Origin: Vicugna vicugna
Lineage: Eukaryota
Assembly (NCBI GenBank): GCA_013265495.1
Contig: MU058000.1
Coordinates: 2,914,001-2,978,000 of the forward strand
DNA: 64,000 nucleotides
Reading direction: 5' to 3'
The position numbers were made by a program, and so were the translations under genes. Below are positions 12,382 to 24,684 of this stretch, in pieces (within the stretch, counting starts at the first letter, position 1; each line of letters begins with the position of its first letter). Under the pieces are notes generated by a model that saw only the letters and a program-made list of their open reading frames with translations, made no database searches and was not told the DNA's origin.

Positions 12382-14432
12382 CCTGCTTTACTCTTCTGCA
12401 AAAGGTGTACACATTTAACAACACATAATTAACATTATAAAACCCATAAAGCTCACCTAAAACTTTTGGCAGGTAATTAGTAGGATGAATTGACTAATGT
12501 GCATCTTAATCATGTATAATAGGGTGGCTCTTTTCTTTCTTCCTGCTTTACAACCCTGTACAGACAAACTTTCACAAGCTTTAATGTCTTGTTATGTCCA
12601 GCTTCTTGCAAAAAAGACATAAAAACGTCTATGATTGTCATCAAATGAGTAAATATCCTTCCAAACATAATAAATTTTGGCCATAAAATCTGAAGTCATA
12701 TGCACTGTCAGAATTCCAAGTTCATGATGAACATAAAATGATTGTATCTAAGATCATGCATGTTAGTTTATGCTGCCAAGATTTAAATAAAATGTCACTT
12801 ACCTTGTGGCATTTCTAGTAGACTAGCTTTACAGTGCATTTAACACTACTACGTTTATATTCTTTGAAAGCCTAAGTATGGACTATTCAATGTGCTAAGT
12901 AACAAAGACTTTCTTTGAAAATTCTTAAATGTGGCTTTTGGTTTTCCCAGGTATTTTCCTGGAAGTTAAAAAGAATATTTGAAGACTCCTTATAGATGAA
13001 TATAAATTATTCTATGGGAAGTTAAATTTTACTGAGCAGATTTTTAAAAAGCTAACATCATGACTTTCATAAGACTATTTTTAGAACAGGAGTCAAAGAC
13101 CTTGTTAAGTCATTAATTAATAAGGGAAACACTAAGACACCATAGCTGTTTCAGAGGGGATCCTAAAGAAACCACATACATAGGTGATGAGTAATCGTGA
13201 CGATGAATTTACAACCAGATGCACGATTAGTGAATTCTTATAGGGCAATGTTCAACCACATCCCACCAGGCAGAACTCTTGTATTTCTCAGGTCTGGAGT
13301 TACTTGGATTATTGTTAGATTTCTATAACTTACAGAGTTGCCAATAGCTCAAGGACAATGAAAAATGAAATGTGACATAAAGAGTAAGTTTGACGGGGCA
13401 GAGGATGCTATAATTTTTTTTTTTTTTGTCCATTTCAGAATTTTTTACATTAGGCCCTGATACTTGAACAGCAGATCTGGAAAAAGTTATTTGATAAGCA
13501 GTTTGTTGGTAGTTGAGTGTTTGTAGGATATGGGATGTTGGACGGTATCAAGGTTCCAAGAAGATGAGTTTCCTTTGCATAAGACGAGGGGAGGACTGTA
13601 TATGATGTCTGAAATGGAGTGTGGGAGGTAGGAATAAGGCGGGGCAGGAGAATGAGGGAAGTTGTGATGCTCCTTTTGCATTTCTCTCCAGTTCTTCTGA
13701 AGTCTAAGCTTGGATAAAGCAACTAAAATAACAGAACTCTTTCTGTGATTGGATTTTAGTGAAAATTGGTAAAAAGAAGACTCACAGTTGTGTTGTGGTG
13801 GTGTAGTACAGAACAAGTACTTGAAAGCTCAGGACGGAGGAGCAGAGGAGATTTTGGGAGAAGTACTCACAGTAATCTGGAGGAGGTGCAAGGCTCACCA
13901 AGGGCATTGTGGAATCAGGGTTGCCAGGCAATCCTGTTGTTATCCACAGGGTCAGACAGGTACCAGCTCACGTTAGGATTACATACAAAATGTTGAAGAA
14001 AGCAATCCCTAACCTAGAAGTTACTTTGAATAATAAAAACATTCGTGTTCTTTACAATTTTGAAGGGGTTACTTGGTAAGTAGTTCCTGTCCTTTATGTG
14101 GATGATTCGTTTGCTGCCCATCGGGTCCTCCATGAATGTTAATATCCTCTCTGGCAGTGCTTTTGCATCTGCAGGGCCTTACTCTCCCCTCTGCTAATCG
14201 AGTATCTTTCAACCAACTCCTCCCAGCACTTGGTTACACTGGTGAACTTTAATCTGTCCTTTCTCTGATGAGTGGTGCACGGGGAACAAAACCAGTAGCA
14301 ATATCATCGTGCTCTTCCCAGTTAGACCATAATCTCTTGGAAGGCAGAGGATGTAATATATTTTCTATCTATTTTTGTTCTTCAGTAAGATTTGCTCCTT
14401 TAGTGAGTATATTACAAGTATTGTGAGTTATT

Positions 14433-14524
14433 TTTTTTTTTTTTAATGGAGGTACTGGGGATTGAATCCAGGCCCTTGTGCATGCTAAGCATGCGCTCTG
14501 CCATCAAGCTATACCCACCCCACC
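14433..14524 (-). mobile_element. Vic-1-type tRNA-derived camelid SINE
   Basis: poly-T + ggaggtactggggattgaatccaggccc...atgctaagcatgcgctctgcca..gctatacc; TSD gtgagttatt (14423-14432) / gtgagttctt (14525-14534). Confidence 0.92.
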
Positions 14525-14699
14525 GTGAGTTCTTATTGATGGACTAGAAAAGAAATGACAGCTATGGCCAAACAATTGTAAGTTTGCTTTTATCACCTCA
14601 AGGCATTTATATTAAATGTGACATAATCAAGGCTTTACTCCCCTGAAGTTGAGTCAAGACCAGGCCAATTGACATTCCAAAATCAGTTGTTAAGGGATG

Positions 14700-14890
14700 T
14701 TGATATACTAGGCATTGTCATATTCATTATCCCACTTAATCCTGGTTATGTCCCTGCAAGTATATTTTTTTAGGAGGTGAAAATAGATGCAAAGTTAAAA
14801 TAGTCACTAAGTGCTCAAGCAGTTATTGGATGCCAGTGTCAGAGTAATCATCAGCCCTTCTGATTTCTGATGACATTTCGATTATATCAC
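14700..14890 (-). mobile_element. MIR SINE (degenerate)
   Basis: tactaggcattgtcatattcattatcccacttaatcct...aggtgaaaatagatgcaaagttaaa. Confidence 0.5.
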
Positions 14891-15417
14891 AGTTACCTCC
14901 CAGTTACGTTTGGGTTACACGTAAATAATTCAATGGCCATTTCAGGCCACAGTGGAGTCTATGTTTAACACACAATTAGCCACTGCAGTAGACATCTCTC
15001 TGTTTTCCTATTCCCCCCTTTTTTAATTCAATATGCCTCTTCCTTTTCCCTTCACGCACAAGATCATGCAGATGAAAACAAAAGCAAGATTCTAATTAAC
15101 TATATATTTGACCTTACAAAACAAATCAATTAGCTTATAATGGTGTTACCCAGAGAGTCTCTGTATCCTTAGCTGGAGCATGATGTTAGTGATAAAGCAA
15201 ACCTCAGGAGTTTGATCATAATTAGTGGATGCTATAAAAATCCAATGTATTATGTTTATTTTCTCATTTTCATTGTTCTTTTTCCTTTGCCATTGTTTAT
15301 ATCTTGGGTCTTCCAGTGCCACTGAAATGAGCTTGTTAAGCCTCTGCAGGCACTCAGGACCTAAATAGCTTAGAGGATGATCTAAATTAGTCTCTGGACT
15401 TTCTCAGTCTCTAGAAA

Positions 15418-15672
15418 GTGTTGAATGTCTCCTCTGATTGCTGAATTTCACCGGATATATTCTTTTAGTTGATTCCTTCCATCAACTGTCTTGATAACCT
15501 TCCCATTCTTCACAATGAAGAGATAATTATGTGTTAACCTGGTATGTTAGGTAAAAAGCTGCCAACTTCTAGACAGAAGCCTTGATAGAGGATGTTTTGG
15601 GACCTAGAAATTAATATTCTCATCAGTTTGAGGTTTAACACTTTGTAAATCTTTAAGAACTTACTTTGGAAG
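15418..15672 (-). repeat. Right arm of long inverted repeat (pairs with 12129-12381)
   Basis: Reverse complement aligns collinearly with 12129-12381 with only small indels. Confidence 0.9.
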
Positions 15673-15879
15673 GGCAGAAGGATTCAAAATACTGAACAAA
15701 AGCCACTTCAAATACAAACAACGCATTTTATGTTTAAAGCAGAAGTTGTTTTATTACCATAGAAGCATTTTCCCTTAATGAAGGGTTGTTTTGATGTATC
15801 AATCAAACCATGTCATCAGTTACTCTGAAATTCAAAATAAATCAGGGTAATCCACCAATGCATAGGAAGTAAGTCCAAC

Positions 15880-15980
15880 CTGATTAGAATTCTGACCCTG
15901 TGAACTGTCGGCCCTCTGGTTTGGGGAATAAAATTAACTTAAGATTTTGGAGCCTCAGTTTTCACATCTGTAAAAAGCTA
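15880..15980 (+). mobile_element. MIR SINE fragment
   Basis: MIR core gagcctcagttttcacatctgtaaaa. Confidence 0.7.
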
Positions 15981-16483
15981 GTAAAACATTAAATGTTAGA
16001 GTTCAGCTCTAAATTCCCAGGTTGCAACAAGGCAGGTTCTAAGCCCTCAGCTGGGAAGAGTTTGACAAAAGAATTAACAGCCAGGGCTCCGAACTATCAG
16101 CCTCTGTTATTTCAACTCTCTTGGGGTGGGTTCCCCTTTCTTCAGATACCCCTTGGGGTTCCCCATCTATCTTCTCCCTATTCCGTCTGCTTGACAAGTT
16201 TTCTTTTCCTTTTGATTCTAATAGCCTCTTTTTCTCCTTAGAGAACTATTTTCTTTTCACATTTGTGTTGGATCTTCTTAGCCAGCACTTTTTTCTGTCA
16301 TCATCTAAACCAGTTGAAATGAAAAATCATATTTGTGCTGTCCGTGTGTTTGTGTATCTGTGTGTTTGACTATAAGAAATGAACTGCTCCTTTATATTCT
16401 TGACACCCAATGCTATGTATTTACTCAAAATGTTTATTTTGAACTCTTAATGCTCCGGAACATGCATTACTAAGTAGGGTGAG

Positions 16484-17016
16484 TATATTAATTTTTGGTG
16501 ATGCAAAACAAATGACCAAATATTTAGTAGCATAAAACAACACATATTTATTATCTCACAGTCTCTCTGAGGAAGGAAGACAGGCGTAGCTTGGCTGGAT
16601 TCTCTGGAAGACACCAATCATGGTGTCTGCCAAGATCTGAGGCTTTCCAGGGTCATGTGGAAATAATCTGTTTCCAGGTTCATGTGATTGTTGACAGAAT
16701 TCAGTTACTTGAAGGTCTCTAGCTTGAGGACCTAAATTTCTTGCTGACTGGAGGCCAGAGGCCACCCTCAGCCCCTTGCCACCTGGTTCTATCCATAAGA
16801 TGGCTCACAACATGGTGGCTTACTGCTTCAAAGCCAGCAAAGGAGAGCATCTCTTAGCAAGACAGATGTTGCAATCATATATAACATAATCACTTACACC
16901 TAATCACATAATCCAGTCACTTTATTCTATTATGAGAAGTCAGTCACAGGTGTTGCCTACACTCAAGGGGAAGAGATCATACAAGAATATAAGAAACCAA
17001 GAGTCTGTCCACCTCA
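16484..17016 (-). mobile_element. MLT1E/F-type MaLR solo LTR
   Basis: ttagtagcataaaacaacacatatttattatctcacagt...gacagaattcagttactt...cttcaaagccagcaa...cacaggt...acactcaaggggaagagatcatacaag. Confidence 0.85.
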
Positions 17017-17149
17017 GTGGATTAAAGTAAAGCTTCTAAACAGCTAAAGATTATTCATCATATTTCTCTTTTTCATTGATCAGTGAAGGCCATATTATTG
17101 ATAACCTTATAAATCATATCAAATGGCGTGAATTGTATTAAAAAGAAAA

Positions 17150-17480
17150 AGGCACGCCACTGGAAGTCTGAAGTAGAGAGTAACAGAGCTCTGCATATTA
17201 GAAGAATCACTGATTGCTATCTGGAGAAGACAATTAGAAGCAAACAAAATCATCAATCCATGTAAAAGACAAGGTCACATCAGGTTAGGAGTGGTTACGT
17301 AACTGACAATCAATGGATGAATTGGGGGTGCTATTCTGCAGACAGAATTGACACGGTCTAGTGAAGGAAAGAGAAATTTGAGAATGACCTCTGGTGTGGG
17401 AAGTTGATGGTGCCCATTGATTGGGATGGAAATCACTGAAAGAGGCGTTGGTTGGGTGGAGAGTTGGTTAGTTGAGATGG
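17150..17480 (-). mobile_element. L2 LINE fragment
   Basis: gccactggaag...agaatcactg...gagaatgacctc...gatggtgcccattgattgggatggaaatcactgaaagagg. Confidence 0.55.
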
Positions 17481-19229
17481 GGGCAAGAACTTACCCTAGA
17501 GAAAGCAACCTAGGACTAGAGCTGTCAAATCAGAAAAGAAGGTCGAGCACATTCCCAGAAAACACTAGCATGTAGGTGAGTGAAGGAGACAATGTCAGGA
17601 AAAGAAGAAGCAGCAGTCAGAGGGAAAAAGAAATCTATGTAATATGAAACCAGTGGATAATAAAAGGTTTTCAGGAGCAAAGGACAAAATTCTGCACTAT
17701 GACTGAGGTATACATAAGACAACCAATGCAGAATCCATTGTTTTATCAATAAGGACATGTAGATACACCTCATTAGTAAATATATATATATATATATACA
17801 TTTAATGTTGTAGCTCTTTGGGCCTAAGGGCCTTCTGAAGTTATTTATAGGTACAAAAAATTAATATTGCAAATTAAATATTAAAGGACTGTCTACTTTC
17901 TTCTACTTACAGTGAAATTATACTTTACAACAGTTCCACCCAGCATTGAATCCAGAAGAAATACAGTCTGCATTGGCATCTTGAAAAGCTGTAAACGCGG
18001 TGCAGCGTTTTAGGAAAAGGAACAACTGCAATACAAATTATTTGTCCCTTTGGAGATTTATTTGGAATCGAAGCTGCCATTTGTTCTGCAGTGACAAGTA
18101 CAAGTCTAGCATTTCTCTTTGAATTCTCTTGCAAGCTTTTACTTAAGCAATTGCAACTGCAGTATAAGGCATTCCTGGAGATTAATGACTGCCTGGGAGG
18201 GGCTGCTCTTTGGTCCATTAACTCCAACCAGCCATTAATTTCCACAAAAGGTCCTGCATGAAAGTTATTATTACTAATATGAACTGAAAATGAGAGGAAC
18301 ATATAGCAGGTGTATTGATCTCACCCTCCCCTCCACCCAGGATGATGCAAAGCCAGTTCATTTGTATAAGGATCTTCAGAAAACTGAAGTCTTGCATATA
18401 AGCCAATCACTTTGCTATTCTTGGCCATCTAGTTTTGCTGACATTGAAACAATTAACTTAAAAGGAGATAAGAGAGCAGAAGTCCCCAGATCTAATCTAA
18501 AAGTCTTGATCCAACCAATATATGCTAATCTCAAGTATAATTTCTGTTGAACACAGATTTTTAAAAATATATTGTGCCATTGGCTTAGTTTATACTGGGG
18601 TTTGTCCTAAGTTTGACAGAAATAGTTCTGTAAGATCAAGATTTTGATTTTAGCTTTTAAGAGATACAAATTATTTACTCTCCTAAAATACTCAAAATTT
18701 GAAATTAACCTAAAAAGGCTAAAAGTAACTTTCTGCTCCAAATATTTGAGTTCTTTTTAAAATGCTTTCCACAATACTGATCACTAAGAATCATCATGAG
18801 AAAAAATATACTTCTAAAGAGAAAAATATGATTATGAAGTTAAATCATTTAAATATCCTTGAATTGTTTTTCTTTTGGACTACCAAGCATTTTAAGATTT
18901 ACTGGATAAAACTCACAGACCAAAAAAAATTATATAATCTCTTATACATATGTGTAAGAAAAAATAAGGCTGTTAAATCCTATTTTTTTGAAATCTATTA
19001 TAATATATTTATCCCAATGACATGCAATCTTCATCTTCCATCTTAAAAATATTTCATAGTTTCAACCTTCTCTTTACAAAATTACCATTGTATGTTATAT
19101 ACACTAACTGCCAGACCAAAAATTTTAAGTCATATAGCTTTTATCTTTCATCAAAGAGGAAAGTTTAATTAGGAGACCTGAGTACACAAGGCATATATAG
19201 ACATGTAAATATACATGTACATTGAAAAA

Positions 19230-20170
19230 CCAGTATCTGAAACTTCCAAGTATTGACAAAAAATGTATTTTAAACTAGTGATAAAACTATTTTGTCAAAA
19301 TATTTTGTGATGATAAAAGTATATTGAATTAATATTTATATTTTAAAAACTCTAATTGCATCATGTTAAATGAGGTACCCCAAGGTGAAAAAGTCACAGA
19401 TTTAATTAAATGGCTATTTGATAAAATCTTGTGAAGCATTTTTGATACAATTTTCAGAATCTGAGAGAAGAAATACCATTACTCAGTTGGTAACAAATGA
19501 TTTTGCAAATAATACAGATTCCAATTTTCTTTCAACATTGTTAAAGAAGAATCTCATCAACTGTCTGTTGATAGATCACTATAAATAGTTTTTGATGATA
19601 AATCACGCTCATTATTTTGGCCTATAACTTGGAAAAAGTTCAAAAACTTGATTGACATTGCTATAACAAAACCCATTCCATTTTGATCTATTAATTTACA
19701 TTAATAAGTTATCTTAGCATTTTTATCTATGAAAATAAAGAACAGTTTCATTCTAAAAACAAATAATAGGCAACCACTGGACATATTAATAAATGAAGTC
19801 AACTATACACACACACATCAAATGGCCCAGACTTCTAATTGAGACATGCATTTGAAAAATAGTCTTCCTTTTTATATTTAATTGGAATTGATCATTTCAT
19901 AATATATGTTTTACATCAATTTTACTAGTAAAATTACTCTAAAGAAAAATTTTAAGTTTAGCATCATTATTTAACAGAAAATTTAATATTTAATTTATGA
20001 AGATTTTTTTGTTGTAGAAAGATATGATAGATTGATCCCACAAAAGCTTTCCATCATTAGTATGTATCTTAATGGGAGACAATTTTGTGAGACTATGTAA
20101 AATTAATTCAATAAAATAAGCAGATTATAAATGTTCTTACCATTTGAAAAAATCTTGTTTTTGTATTGGT
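19230..20170 (+). mobile_element. hAT-Charlie DNA transposon remnant (transposase C-terminus and 3' region, part 1)
   Basis: 19558-19683 translates QLSVDRSL*IVFDDKSRSLFWPITWKKFKNLIDIAITKPIPF, resembling the Charlie/Buster hAT dimerisation domain (FW...LPFPSTYLCE region). Confidence 0.7.
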
Positions 20171-20274
20171 TTTACCTATTTATTATTTTTTTCCTGTTTC
20201 ACAGTAATAAGAACACTAAGTGCTCAAACACTAAAAATGTGTTTGGCTTACAGGCAAGACTCTGTTGCCTGCTT

Positions 20275-22085
20275 TGTTTTTAAGTAGATTGCTTTTAGAA
20301 CAGTTTTAGGTTTACGGGAAAATTGAGAATGCAGTACAGGTAGTCCCATATACTCTATGTCGGGTTTCTACTATTATTAACATTTTATATTTTACTTAAT
20401 GCTTATTTTGTTCCAGGATTCTGCCCACCTTACCACATCACATTTATTTGTCATGTCTACTTAGGCCCTCTTTTGGCTATGAGATGCTCATACTTCCTTT
20501 TTTTTTTTTTTTTTTTTTTTTTGCTGACTGTAAGAGTTTTGAGGAATACTTGTCATATATTTTGTAGAATTTCTCTTCCTTGGCACTTTTCTAAATTTTT
20601 TTCATGGGAAGGATGGGGTTATGGGTTTTTGGCAGGATGAGCAGAGAGGTGAATTGTCATTTTCATCACATCATATCAAGGGGGCTCTAAGCATAGTTGA
20701 TCGCTCTTACTGCTAACCATGTTCACTTGGCTGACACAGCACTTATCCAGTGTCTCCACTATGTAATTTCTCTTTTGTCCTCATTTCTGCATTGTACTCT
20801 TTATAAGAAAGTCACTCTGCATAACTTACACCTAAGGATTGGGAAATTATGCTTCACTTCCTTGAGGGCAGAGCAGAGAGTCTACATGAATGATGTGGAT
20901 TTCTTTTACACAAAAGATTTCCTTCTCTCATTCATTTATTTAATCACGTATTTGCATCAAAATTGACTCAGGGATATTTATTTTATACTCTGCGTTAAAA
21001 TTCAATCCTTTTAAAATTGATTTTGTAGCTTAAATTGTTCCCGCTTTGGCCATTGGGAGTCTTTCATTTGACTCCTGTGACCCTTGGACACATCCCAGTC
21101 AATGTGTGCGTGTGCATATGTGTGTGTCTGTCATAGTTGCTCCAGTTCACTTCCAGTACACAGACAGAGCAATATCAGAACTGTACCCCTGTCATAAGCA
21201 ACTTTATCACCAGGGTTAGAGTTCCTCCATGCAGTTCTTTTTGCCTTTAGTTTTATAGACTCTATTCATTCCCAAGCTTGATTCGGTCAGCACTTATCCT
21301 CTTGATCCCCTCAGTGAGGTCATTTCAATTATTTGTAATATAGTCAGATTTCTCTGTCACATTCTGTTTTCCATCCTGAGATTCCCACATTGTCCTAAAT
21401 TTCTTTTCTTCTTTTTTTTTTTGGCTTATATTTCTGCTTCATTATTTGTGCTGTAAATCCCTATATGTCTCATCAAACATAAAGTCATACATCCACCATG
21501 AAAGTATCAGTCAGAATATTAATGTCTCCCCTCTAAATATAATCCTGTATGCCTCACCTTTTAACCCTTCCCCTTTTTCCCCAGAAATGATGTCCTTCAT
21601 TGATCTTTTCATAGTCACTGTTGTTTTAGCTTTTCCAGAGTATCATATAATTTGTATTGTAATATTGTGGTATTTCACTGGCTTTTTTCACTTAACAAGA
21701 TTTCTTTAAGATTTATTCCTGTCTTTTGTGATATAATAGCTCATTTTTTTAAAGTTGCTGAATAATATTTCATTGTGTGGACATACCACAATTTGTTTAA
21801 CCATTCATCTGTTGACAAATAACTTGTTTACTTCCAGTTTGGGGCAATTATGAATAAAGAAGCTATAAATTTTGCATGTAGATTTTTATAAGAATGCAAA
21901 TCTTTAAATCAGTTATATAATAACTAGGAGTACAACTGCAGGTTGTGTGCCAAGACTATGTTTAGCTTTGTAAAAAACTGCTAAACTGCTTTCCAAAGGG
22001 GCTGTACCACTTTACATTCCCATCAGCAATGAATTTGATTCCCTGCTGCTTTGAATTATATCTAGCATTTCCAATTGCTAGTTTA
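20275..22085 (-). mobile_element. L1MC/L1MD-type 3' end inserted into the Charlie element
   Basis: agaacagttttaggtttac..aaaattgag...cattttcatcacatcatatcaaggg...ttccagtttggggcaattatgaataaag...ttacattcccatcagcaatgaat. Confidence 0.85.
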
Positions 22086-22314
22086 TCATATTCCACTTGG
22101 TTACATTTTAAAACTGGTATAACAGTTATATTTTAAATGTCAGTTTTTGAATAAGCAAAAATTACATCCTTTAAGCTATTTTAATTGAATAATTTAATGA
22201 AGTTAAATAATTGTAGACCAACTCACAAACTCAAAAAGCTTAAAACAATGTGAAGTACATGAGTTTCAAAATTTATTTAGAGGATAGATGAGCAAATATT
22301 TTTGAAAGATACTG
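22086..22314 (+). mobile_element. hAT-Charlie remnant part 2 with 3' terminus
   Basis: Ends gagcaaatatttttgaaagatactg, similar to the Charlie 3' TIR (...gtttgaagaccactg). Confidence 0.55.
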
Positions 22315-23089
22315 ATCCAAAACTTGATAAGCATAGGAGAGGCCACCCTATTCCAAAAGATCTTCCATTGACAATTCAGAATGTCAAAACTTCTACCATT
22401 CAAGAGGAAAGAATTAATACCTCTCTCCCCTTCTTTCTTGCCTCTGGATCAAAATTATAACCCAAATTATAGTGTATGCTGTTTTTAACTGGAATTAGCA
22501 CTTCATTCTGAATAGATAAATATTTATATTACTTCACAAGCTACTAGTAACTTGTGAGGAAATGGAGCATATGTATAGTTTCTTGTCTGAGTGTTGGCAG
22601 CAATGAGCTGGATGGATTATTTTGGGACATTAGCCGTTTGCCTAAGGAAAGGGATTGACCTTGAGACTCAGGCCTGCAGTCAGAACAATGGAATCTTAAG
22701 TGATGACATTATGAGATTTCATGTGTAAATAATTCACTACTGTAGATTAAGATATGAGGGCTTTCCAAGATGGAATCTGCCTCTCTCAATGTGGATTGTG
22801 ATACTTAACATAGCAAGCATTCATTTCCATTACATATATTGTATTGCCAACATATTTATGTTAATCCTTCTTATTATAAGTTAAAAAGAAAAAGGCCCAT
22901 TTACCTAAATGTCTGCAATATGTGTGTCATTAATAGTCAAATGTTTATTTTTAAATATCTTACTGGTATCACTCATCATTTGCTATATGAAAGGCACTGG
23001 CTCTCGGAATTTAATGCTATATATTTACCGTCCTGAAAATATTTCTGTTATAAATAGGGTATTTTTATAAAACAGAATTTTAGAGATTG

Positions 23090-23225
23090 GAATTTATTCA
23101 TTCTGTCATAAGACAATTATTGTGTACCAACCAAGTACCAGTGACTATGCCAGGGTTGAAAGCTATGAATGAAATTAAAATCTAATCACATATATTAAGG
23201 GGATGATAGTCTGTTAGAGGAAATA
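23090..23225 (-). mobile_element. L2 3' end
   Basis: atttattcattc...ttattgtgtaccaac..gtaccagtgactatgccaggg. Confidence 0.6.
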
Positions 23226-23764
23226 AAATTTAAATCAATTCAGCACAATTAGGGAAAGAGATGGAAGAATAATAAGTCAATTCCATTTGAAATATGATAT
23301 GTACTATACTTGATAAGTTGATACAACAATACAAAACAAAAACATGCATCAGTGTGCAGATGGACATTCCTAATTACCCATTGGTATATGAACAAATGCT
23401 TTTTAGTATAACATGAAAATATCCTGCCTTTTGGTGACAGTTTCTAGATTGTATAAAAAAATTTATTTTATACAAAATAGTTAATTGAGTTTGTGGTAAG
23501 GAAATATAGTGATTGGCATATTATGGAACATTATTGAAAGTGTTTTGATTGTTCAGATTGTTTATTTCTTTTTATTTATGCCAATAGGTTTGTAAATATG
23601 ATATTACCCAACGTTGCTTTCCAAAAATCAGAGTATAATATTTGGAAGCAGAAATTACACCAAATTTCCTCTGACTTAAAGCTTCTATTTTTCACATTTC
23701 ATTATAATAACATTTACATAGAACTTAATAACAAACAGCACAGTTATAATAGCTGTATCTTATA

Positions 23765-23927
23765 GCTTATCTCATCAAACCCAAGTTTCCATTCATTGTG
23801 TACCATTAAGAAAAACAAAAGGCTGATGATTAAATTTTGACATACCATTGATTGTAAGAGCACATCCTCATTTCAGAAATGTTAATATATGAAATTATGT
23901 GCATCTTAGAAATAATAAAATATGGTA
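23765..23927. mobile_element. MER104 (TcMar-Tc2) MITE
   Basis: ccattgattgtaagagcacatcctcatttcagaaatgttaat...gtgcatcttagaa...aaatatggta. Confidence 0.8.
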
Positions 23928-23977
23928 TTTCTTCTTTTCTTTTTCCCCCTCTTCCCTTGAAAATTGGTTATAAAATT

Positions 23978-24165
23978 CATGGCTCTTAGAGTCCAGAAAT
24001 TGTGGCAAATTTAAGGCCAAGACTTCCATTAGTACTCCTGTGACTTGAAGCAAATTATTAACTTCTTTGAATCTTAGGGTTTTGAGTTAAGTAATCAATA
24101 AAGTAGGTACAAATTAATACTTATTTCATAGATAATTAAAAATGCATGGTAAATTAATGCAGATT
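23978..24165 (+). mobile_element. MIR SINE
   Basis: ggctcttagagtccaga...cctgtgacttgaagcaaattattaacttctttgaatct. Confidence 0.65.
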
Positions 24166-24260
24166 GATTATTTCTCTACCAAAAGATCAACGCCAAAGAA
24201 ACTAGGGAAATAAAATGAGATCCAAAGAAAGACAAACAACTGGAATGAGGGAAGACTGTT

Positions 24261-24371
24261 TTGTTTGTTTGTTTTCTGCATTTGTTCTTTATGGAGGCAC
24301 TGGGAGTTGAACCTACAACCTCATACATGCTAAGTATATGCTCCACCACTGAGCTATATACTCCACCCCCA
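24261..24371 (-). mobile_element. Vic-1-type camelid SINE (older copy)
   Basis: atggaggcactgggagttgaacc...catgctaag...ccactgagctata; TSD ggaagactgtt (24250-24260) / ggaaggctgtt (24374-24384). Confidence 0.88.
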
Positions 24372-24684
24372 GTGGAAGGCTGTTCTGAGTGGATGTGTGT
24401 TTTTGTTGTGATTGGGGTAAGATGGGGCCTGTAATGGAGTGGTTTTGAGTTTTCTCTTTGCCATTACCTTCCCCACTTACCTTGGGGTAAGCACCTGTCT
24501 TCTTATCAAAAGAAGCCAAGGCCAATATCGAGAGCACCAAAATAGTTTTCTACAGGAATGATTTCTGGGCAGCACAAATGCCCAGATCTCTGAAGAGCTG
24601 CGAAAGTATCTGGGTCTGACTACTCTCTAGGATTAACTCCCCAGTTCTGCATTATTAAACCCACAGGGCTGGTGCATTGCAATA

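Noticed and set aside
12803..12958. Minus-strand exon-like block with donor AAG|gtaagt inside the inverted-repeat loop
   Set aside because: All three frames closed; splice-like signals alone are common by chance
13183..13290. C-box (GTGATGA) with nearby 8-bp inverted repeat taatcgtg/cacgatta, a possible C/D snoRNA
   Set aside because: No CTGA D-box or terminal stem at a suitable distance
14433..14524. tRNA-like A/B boxes here and at 24261 and 58891
   Set aside because: Poly(A) tails and TSDs show tRNA-derived SINEs, not tRNA genes
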